A stretch of 40,176 bases of DNA from an uncultured Lachnospiraceae bacterium (GTDB lineage: Bacteria; Bacillota; Clostridia; Oscillospirales; CAG-272), in the NCBI GenBank assembly GCA_964586965.1, contig CAZPJU010000001.1, positions 1-40,176 of the forward strand, given 5' to 3'. Numbering within the stretch: the stretch's first letter is position 1; each line of letters starts with the position of its first letter. The translations under genes and the position numbers were made by a program. The notes under the pieces are model-generated. The model was given only the letters and a program-made list of their open reading frames with translations, was not told where the DNA came from and did no database searches. Below are positions 34,470 through 40,176 of the stretch, piece after piece.

Positions 34470-35555
34470 TTATTTGCTGTTGTTGACCGTTTTTTCGTTG
34501 AGTTCGCGGAATGTGGTATACGCGGCGTTGATGTCGGGGATGAAGCAGACTTCATCGTCAAGAGTCGAATAAGTGCCGGGATACGTTATCGTAGATACGG
34601 TAAATTCATCGTAAGCACGGAAAATTCCGAGGTTTGATGTAAGGTCGGAGACCTTCATGTTTGTTGTTGTATACGCAAGGGCGCGTTCGAAAAGCTCGGC
34701 TGCGTTGGAAAGATATTTTTCACTGACGGCTTTTTTGAGAGTTGCGCGAGCAAGCTCCGAAAGTACCGATTCATGCTCGCCGGATGTGACGGAGCTTGTC
34801 CTGTAATGGAGCAAAGCAAACAGATTCGACGAATTTATTTCAGCCGAGCCTGCGGGGATCATGATTTTTGTTGAAAGATCGTATCCGTCCATATCGGGTT
34901 CGCGATTGAGCTTGTAATAGGGGTTATAAATATCCGTTGGGACATTGACGGTAACTCCGTCGATCAAATTGAGAATCTTTCCCGCTTCGGTGATGTTGGC
35001 GGAGATGTAATAGTCGATCGGAGTCGCGGTGAGGTAATTGACGAAACTGACAATCGCGTCCGTTCCGTACTTGTCGTAGACTGTTCCGAGAAGCTTATAG
35101 TCTCCGTTGACGGAAACTCTTGTGGATGCCGGGATACAGGTGATGGTTATCTTACGTGTTTCCTCTCTGACGGATATAAGCATCATCATATCTGCGTTTT
35201 TTGTTCTGATCGGAGTTGTGAGCAGACCGAGGGTGGCGGGGGACTTTTTGAAGTCCTCGATGTAATCGTCGAAATAATCGGGACGGTAGTCTGTTCCGAT
35301 GAGAAGAAGATTAAAAGATTCACCTTCAAGATCCGGGAATGATGGGGAGGAATCACCGTCGGGAGAGTCGGTATCGGAGGATGTATCGGGCGGAACGGCA
35401 CCGCTGTCCGCGATATCTCCTGTTGTTTCCTCCGGTGAATCTGCGATTCCGATGATGTTTTCTTCGAGGAAGTCGGTAATAAAATATGCAATTGTGCCGA
35501 AAACGAGGGCGGCGATCAAGAAGCCCACGACGAAATTTCTGACAGCAGCGAGCAT
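34470..35555 (-). CDS. LytR-CpsA-Psr (LCP) family protein
   Basis: It has an N-terminal TM helix and an acidic/Ser-rich linker. LCP core motifs are FNLLLIGTDYR and DMMMLISV...ITITCIPASTRV. The start at 35555 lies 9 nt after GAAAGGA; the tracked ORF extends to 35600. Confidence 0.75.
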   Translation of the reverse strand: MLAAVRNFVVGFLIAALVFGTIAYFITDFLEENIIGIADSPEETTGDIADSGAVPPDTSSDTDSPDGDSSPSFPDLEGESFNLLLIGTDYRPDYFDDYIEDFKKSPATLGLLTTPIRTKNADMMMLISVREETRKITITCIPASTRVSVNGDYKLLGTVYDKYGTDAIVSFVNYLTATPIDYYISANITEAGKILNLIDGVTVNVPTDIYNPYYKLNREPDMDGYDLSTKIMIPAGSAEINSSNLFALLHYRTSSVTSGEHESVLSELARATLKKAVSEKYLSNAAELFERALAYTTTNMKVSDLTSNLGIFRAYDEFTVSTITYPGTYSTLDDEVCFIPDINAAYTTFRELNEKTVNNSK

Positions 35556-35619
35556 TTTGAACATCCTTTCTTGTGAAAAACGCGGTTCAGCCGACGGCAA
35601 AGCCGCTTATAATCAAATT

Positions 35620-35648
35620 ATTATACCCCATTTTTGCCGAACTTGCAA
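35620..35648 (-). promoter_or_regulatory. Candidate sigmaA promoter for the LCP-glyQS unit
   Basis: On the minus strand: TTGCAA (35648-35643), a 17-nt spacer and TATAAT (35625-35620). Confidence 0.5.
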
Positions 35649-35675
35649 GGCTTTTTTGCGCCTGAGGGGTTTTCG

Positions 35676-36551
35676 TCAATCGAGCCTGTCCGAAAGCTCC
35701 GCAAACTGCGAAACGGACAGCGCTTCTCCGCGAACGCGCGGGTCGAGATTCATCTCACCAAGCGCGGAAAGCAGTTTTTCCTTGTTAAGATCGGGAATTC
35801 CGGCGCAAAGCGCATTCGGCAGAGTTTTTCTTCGCTGACCGAACGCGGCTGAGATCAAACGGAACATCAGTTTTTCGTTTTTCGGATGCAGAGGACGTAA
35901 ATCTTCGGGGTAAATGTCGATTTTTATAACGGTTGAGGAAACTTTCGGAGCCGGCAAAAAGCTTCCGGGCGAAACGGAAAACAGCTTTTTCGCCTGACCG
36001 TAATAAGCAAGTGACGCCGTGATCGCGCCGTATTCGGCGCTTCCCGCTTTGGCGACGAGCCGATCCGCCACTTCGGTTTGAATCATAACCGTAACCGAAC
36101 GCAAACGGGAGCAGCCGCATTCGAGAAGCTTCATTATTATCGGCGTTGTGATGTAGTAAGGCAAATTCGCGCAGACTGCGAAATCGCGGTCGCCGAAATG
36201 CTCGCGAGCGAGAGTATCTATGTCGATTGCCATTATGTCGGAATTGATAACGGTGACGTTTTCTTTGTCAGAAAGCGTTTTTTCAAGCACGGGGATAAGA
36301 TCTCTGTCAATCTCAACGGCAACGACTTTCTCGAAGCGTTCGGACAGCTCACGAGTCATCGTTCCGATACCGGGACCGATCTCAAGTACACACGGTACCT
36401 CCGTTTCGGCGGAAGAATCCGCAATGCGCTTCGGGATAGCATCGTTTATGAGAAAATTTTGACCGTAACGCTTTTGCGGTGCGATTGAAAACTCGTCCAT
36501 TAATTCGCGCACATAACGCGGCGAGCAAAGGTTTATCGAAGAATCGTTCAT
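35676..36551 (-). CDS. rsmA: 16S rRNA (adenine1518/1519-N6)-dimethyltransferase
   Basis: It has KRYGQNFLINDAI, the SAM motif LEIGPGIGTMT, and ANLPYYITTPI. Confidence 0.92.
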   Translation of the reverse strand: MNDSSINLCSPRYVRELMDEFSIAPQKRYGQNFLINDAIPKRIADSSAETEVPCVLEIGPGIGTMTRELSERFEKVVAVEIDRDLIPVLEKTLSDKENVTVINSDIMAIDIDTLAREHFGDRDFAVCANLPYYITTPIIMKLLECGCSRLRSVTVMIQTEVADRLVAKAGSAEYGAITASLAYYGQAKKLFSVSPGSFLPAPKVSSTVIKIDIYPEDLRPLHPKNEKLMFRLISAAFGQRRKTLPNALCAGIPDLNKEKLLSALGEMNLDPRVRGEALSVSQFAELSDRLD

Positions 36552-37858
36552 ATTTTTTCGGTTACTCCGTTCGGGTAATATTCGCGGAAGTTTTTTTGCG
36601 GGTCAAGCAAAGCCGCGAGGGAGGACAGCGCCGGCTCGCGTGAGATCAGCTCCGCAACGGCGCCTGCGAAGATGAGCGCGCCGCGCCGCTGAAGATGCGT
36701 CGAATCGGTGCTGCCGTTTTTGTATGCGCCGGAATATTTGCCGGCTTCCGTCCATAAAAACAGCGATTTTGAGGCATCACAGCCGATTTCGGTGCAAATT
36801 TCATGGCTTCGTTTTCCGAGATCAAGCAAAATCGCGGATTCTTCCTCCGCGAGCTCGATCATGGCGTTTCTGTGATCGGGAAATGAAAGATTGAAAGTTC
36901 CGCGCTCCTCATCGCAGCTTCTTCGCATAACGGGCGTGACTAATACGGCGATAGCGCCTCTTGCGCGAATTGCGCGGATGAATGATCGCAGACATTCCTT
37001 GTATTTCGCAATGGATACGTATCTGTTCGGGCGAGCTTTTGTCGCATCGTTGTGACCGAACTGAATAAGCACGGTGTCCCCGCGTTTGACACGGAGAAGC
37101 AGCTCCGCGAATTTTCCTTCCAAATAGAAGGAAAGCGAGCTTCTTCCGCCGATTGCACGGTTTTCAACGATTATTTGCGGAAGCTCGTATGCTCGGCAGT
37201 GCGAGTATGAACTGCCCTCCGGCTTATATTCGCATACAAAATCGGGATTTTTGAAATATTTGTACAGCACTTCACCCCAGCCCGTCTGCGGATAATAATA
37301 CGGGTCGTAGGTTTGAACCGTCGAATCGGAAGCGAGAAACAGCGTCGGCTTGCATGATGCTTCGCGGATCGGTAAAATTTCGACATCAAGCGAACGTAGA
37401 ATCAATTCATGGGTCTGTGCCGAATCGCGCTCGGAAACATTTTCGTTTGGCACGAAAAATACGAGCCTTGATTCTTCAAATATTGATGCCGTTGTAAACG
37501 AAAGCTCTGTTTCCGTGCACGGAAGAAGCACTCCGTCATGAATCACGGTGACATCGTTTGCAAGAGCTCGAACGTGTATTTCCGTATCCGTGGGATTATA
37601 AAACAGCGCTCTTACGGTATGATCCGAAAGCCCGGAAGAAAAAGAAAATTCGGGAGCCTCAATGTAATCGAATACGCCCCAACCGGATTCTTCCTTTTCG
37701 CGCCAGTGACGGCACGGAAGCACAATTCCGTCAAGATCGTAGGGGATAACATCCGCACGCACACGCGTGGGAATTCGTTTATGATAAACGCCGTCCGTCC
37801 AGCCTTCCGCTTTTGTCGGGTAACGGATCGAAGCGACGGAAAAACCGCAAAAATTCAC
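36548..37858 (-). CDS. SGNH/GDSL hydrolase (CE12 rhamnogalacturonan-acetylesterase-like) with unassigned ~170-aa N-terminal domain
   Basis: The SGNH blocks are LASDSTV (I), GGRSS (II), FGHNDA (III) and DSTHL (V). It uses a GTG start after GAGGTG, and its stop overlaps the rsmA start by 4 nt. Confidence 0.75.
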   Translation of the reverse strand: MNFCGFSVASIRYPTKAEGWTDGVYHKRIPTRVRADVIPYDLDGIVLPCRHWREKEESGWGVFDYIEAPEFSFSSGLSDHTVRALFYNPTDTEIHVRALANDVTVIHDGVLLPCTETELSFTTASIFEESRLVFFVPNENVSERDSAQTHELILRSLDVEILPIREASCKPTLFLASDSTVQTYDPYYYPQTGWGEVLYKYFKNPDFVCEYKPEGSSYSHCRAYELPQIIVENRAIGGRSSLSFYLEGKFAELLLRVKRGDTVLIQFGHNDATKARPNRYVSIAKYKECLRSFIRAIRARGAIAVLVTPVMRRSCDEERGTFNLSFPDHRNAMIELAEEESAILLDLGKRSHEICTEIGCDASKSLFLWTEAGKYSGAYKNGSTDSTHLQRRGALIFAGAVAELISREPALSSLAALLDPQKNFREYYPNGVTEKI

Positions 37859-37939
37859 GGGACACCTCGGAAAAAATGACTTTTCTTAAGTGTAACATAA
37901 ATCGCAGGGTTTTACAATCGAAATTTAATCAGACAAAGA

Positions 37940-38824
37940 TCATTTTTTCAAAAACGTTGAAAAAAGCGCCTTTGACTCCGAATCGGAAAGAGGAGAAAGC
38001 GGCAGACGCAGTATGTTTTCGCAAAATCCGAGTTCCGACATAAGCGCTTTTATCGGTATCGGATTGGATTCTCGGAAAAGAGCGTTCGTTACTCTGTAAA
38101 GACTCTTTGAGATTCGCCTTGCTTCATCGAGGTTGCCGTCGAAAACAGCGCGGCACATAAGTGAAACATCGGACGGAAATGCATTTGACACGACGGAGAT
38201 AACGCCGTCTGCACCGAGCGACAGCATAGGCAAATTGAGAGAGTCCGTACCCGAATAAACACCGAGCGCGCCGTCAAGCTCGGTGATGCAAAATTCCGCG
38301 AGCGAAAGCGAACCGGATGCCTCCTTGACGGCAACAATATTTCCGTGACCGGCAAGCTTGCGGCAAAGCGAATGTGTGAGTGCGGAGCCAGTTCGCGACG
38401 GAACATTGTACGCGATAACGGGTATGTCAACGGCGTCGGCAACCGATGCGAAATGGCAATAAAGACCTTCTTCCGGAGGTCGGGAATAATATGGGGTGAC
38501 TGTCATTATTGCGTCGGCGCCAAGGTTCGCAGCTGTCCTTGCCGCTTTGACGGAGCTTTCCGTGTCCGCGCAGCCCGCCCCGACAATGACGGGAAGATCG
38601 CCGTTTGCCTGCTCGACTGCGAACGAAATGACAGCGGCGATCTCATCGGCGCTCAGTGTCGGAGCTTCTCCTGTTGTACCGCAGACGACGATTGCGTCAA
38701 TTCCTGAGGCTTTTTGAAATTCGATAAGTCGTGCGAATGCGTCAAAATCAATTCCCGATTCGGAAAACGGTGTGATGATTGCCGTTGCCGCACCGTGAAA
38801 CGGAAGAACTTTTTGTTTTTTCAT
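37940..38824 (-). CDS. dapA: 4-hydroxy-tetrahydrodipicolinate synthase
   Basis: It has GAATAIITPF, VVCGTTGEAPTLS, and the Schiff-base lysine context VAVKEASG. Confidence 0.92.
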   Translation of the reverse strand: MKKQKVLPFHGAATAIITPFSESGIDFDAFARLIEFQKASGIDAIVVCGTTGEAPTLSADEIAAVISFAVEQANGDLPVIVGAGCADTESSVKAARTAANLGADAIMTVTPYYSRPPEEGLYCHFASVADAVDIPVIAYNVPSRTGSALTHSLCRKLAGHGNIVAVKEASGSLSLAEFCITELDGALGVYSGTDSLNLPMLSLGADGVISVVSNAFPSDVSLMCRAVFDGNLDEARRISKSLYRVTNALFRESNPIPIKALMSELGFCENILRLPLSPLSDSESKALFSTFLKK

Positions 38825-39036
38825 AATTTACCTTTCCCGCTTGAGTGAAAAATATTGAAATCGGGAAGCAAATATATTATAATATATTGATACTCCCCTC
38901 TTTATTTATGTTATGAGCGAAAATACCGCGGTGCTACACCGCGTGGGAGTAAGAGTGAAAATTACAGGCTCGGTGTGAACGGTCGGTTCGTGCCTGTGCC
39001 TGCTGTGTGCCGCCATCGGCGGAATGGAGATGCAAA

Positions 39037-40119
39037 ATGGTAATAAGAAATACGCTCCCTGAAACGGAGCTTAAAACAAGCGACTTTTATTATGATTTGC
39101 CGGAAGAACTGATCGCGCAAACGCCGATATTTCCGCGTGATTCGTCGCGCTTGCTTTGCCTCGGCAGAAAGACGGGGGATGTGTCGCATCACATCTTTCG
39201 GGATATAGAAAATATGCTGCGTGAGGGGGATACTCTCGTAATAAACGATTCGAAAGTCATTCCGGCACGCCTTTACGGAAACAAACTTTCAGATGACGGT
39301 ACGCTCGGCGGAGATGTTGAACTGCTCTTGTTGCGCCGTTACGCAGAAACGGAATGGGAATGTCTCGTTAAGCCGGGAAAACGTGCAAGACCGGGACATA
39401 AACTCAGCTTCGGCGGCGGAATATTGACGGCAGACGTTGGAGATATCGTTGACGACGGTTGCCGTAAGGTCAAATTTTCGTATGATACGGGAAAATATAC
39501 CGATGTGCTTGCGGTGCTTGACGAAATCGGCGTTATGCCGCTTCCGCCGTACATAACGGCAAAGCTTGAGGATAAGGAGCGCTATCAGACGGTGTACGCT
39601 CGCGATGCCGGCTCTGCCGCCGCTCCGACAGCGGGGCTTCACTTCACCCCCGAACTTATGGAGAGACTCGAAGCCAAGGGAGTCAAATTTGCAAGAGTGC
39701 AGCTTCATGTCGGGCTCGGAACCTTCCGCCCCGTCAAGGAAGAAAACATAACGGATCACGTTATGCACACCGAATACATAACGGTTACGCCGGAAACGGC
39801 GGAACTTATAAATTCACGCCGTGCGGCGGGAGGCAGAACGATCGCGGTCGGAACAACGTCATGCCGAACGCTCGAATCCGTCGCGGACGAAAACGGAAAC
39901 ATCGTGCCGATGTCGGGCGACACGGGAATATTTATTTATCCCGGATATAAATTCCGCGCCATAGACGGACTTGTAACGAATTTTCACCTTCCCGAATCGA
40001 CGCTTATCATGCTTGTTTCGGCTTTTGCGGGCAAGGAAAACGTGATGAATGCGTACAAAATCGCGGTTGAGGATAAATACCGCTTCTTTTCGTTCGGTGA
40101 TGCTATGTTGATACTGTGA
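39037..40119 (+). CDS. queA: S-adenosylmethionine:tRNA ribosyltransferase-isomerase
   Basis: [29 protein letters not shown] and the C-terminal [11 protein letters not shown] are QueA hallmarks. ATG at 39037 lies 7 nt after GGAG; the tracked GTG at 39007 is unlikely. Confidence 0.92.
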   Translation: MVIRNTLPETELKTSDFYYDLPEELIAQTPIFPRDSSRLLCLGRKTGDVSHHIFRDIENMLREGDTLVINDSKVIPARLYGNKLSDDGTLGGDVELLLLRRYAETEWECLVKPGKRARPGHKLSFGGGILTADVGDIVDDGCRKVKFSYDTGKYTDVLAVLDEIGVMPLPPYITAKLEDKERYQTVYARDAGSAAAPTAGLHFTPELMERLEAKGVKFARVQLHVGLGTFRPVKEENITDHVMHTEYITVTPETAELINSRRAAGGRTIAVGTTSCRTLESVADENGNIVPMSGDTGIFIYPGYKFRAIDGLVTNFHLPESTLIMLVSAFAGKENVMNAYKIAVEDKYRFFSFGDAMLIL

Positions 40120-40124
40120 GAGGT

Positions 40125-40176
40125 ATGAATCAAGAGGTGAAACCGGATAATATGACCATTGCGGTCTGCGGAGCTA
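40125..40176 (+). CDS. 5' end of an unidentified ORF running off the window
   Basis: An open frame runs from ATG 40125 (with an in-frame ATG at 40152) to the window edge. It is too short to identify and does not look like a tgt N-terminus. Confidence 0.2.
   Translation, partial: MNQEVKPDNMTIAVCGA

Noticed and set aside
38921-38975. A preQ1-I riboswitch upstream of queA. The hairpin loop GCUACA resembles the B. subtilis queC aptamer loop.
   Set aside because: The conserved A-rich tail and the 3' CUA pseudoknot partner (AAAAAACUA) are absent. Also, queA is not a usual preQ1-riboswitch target, so the resemblance is probably coincidental.
38825-39000. A lysine (L-box) riboswitch upstream of dapA.
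   Set aside because: The minus-strand leader after the only plausible -10 element is only about 55 nt. The multi-stem L-box core (about 180 nt with conserved AGAGG/GGAG junctions) is not present.
1-40176. CRISPR arrays, IS elements or terminal inverted repeats, rRNA, and toxin-antitoxin or known defence-system genes.
   Set aside because: No regularly spaced direct repeats, transposase-like ORFs, rRNA-like sequence, or recognisable defence or TA protein motifs were seen on either strand.

Overview
The window reads as densely coding chromosomal DNA from a spore-forming Firmicute. The gene content is Clostridia-like: a SipL/SpoVID-type protein, LPXTG pilins, single-chain GlyRS and IreB.

Gene order:
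- Left end: a partial HxlR regulator, a ROK glucokinase, a DUF3267 zincin-like membrane protein, a DUF3794+LysM (SipL-like) protein on the minus strand, and a stand-alone SLOG/DUF2493 protein.
- About 0.7 kb of ORF-free AT-rich DNA follows. It carries a near-consensus sigmaA promoter and a roughly 200-nt structured leader.
- Next is a 13-kb, seven-gene plus-strand operon (4551-17645). It encodes a 1101-aa secreted solute-binding protein fused to two CBM-like beta-sandwich repeats, with a CxxC..CxxC insertion. It also encodes two complete ABC permease pairs, an NHL-propeller/Yip1 membrane fusion, and a 1218-aa secreted DUF5696-like protein with a long coiled-coil insertion. No ATPase or regulator is encoded nearby, and a GH3 glycosidase converges on the operon.
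- tRNA-Thr(GGT) follows with its own consensus promoter and terminator.
- An 8-kb sortase-dependent pilus locus (20368-28149) comes next. It holds a coiled-coil protein, signal peptidase I, a fibro-slime/PA14-type LPXTG tip adhesin, a major pilin, a class C sortase, a Cna-B basal pilin and a second sortase. An orphan intrinsic terminator or possible leader precedes it.
- The remainder is mostly housekeeping: an MFS/thioredoxin/FTR-like operon, ireB, riboflavin kinase, an S11 carboxypeptidase homolog with atypical motifs, a ComEC-like MBL hydrolase, glyQS, an LCP protein, rsmA, an SGNH esterase, dapA and queA.

I found no CRISPR array, IS element, integrase or rRNA. The strongest candidate for an undescribed system is the SBP / 4-permease / NHL-Yip1 / DUF5696-like operon. 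All family assignments come from motif recognition by eye, not from database searches.
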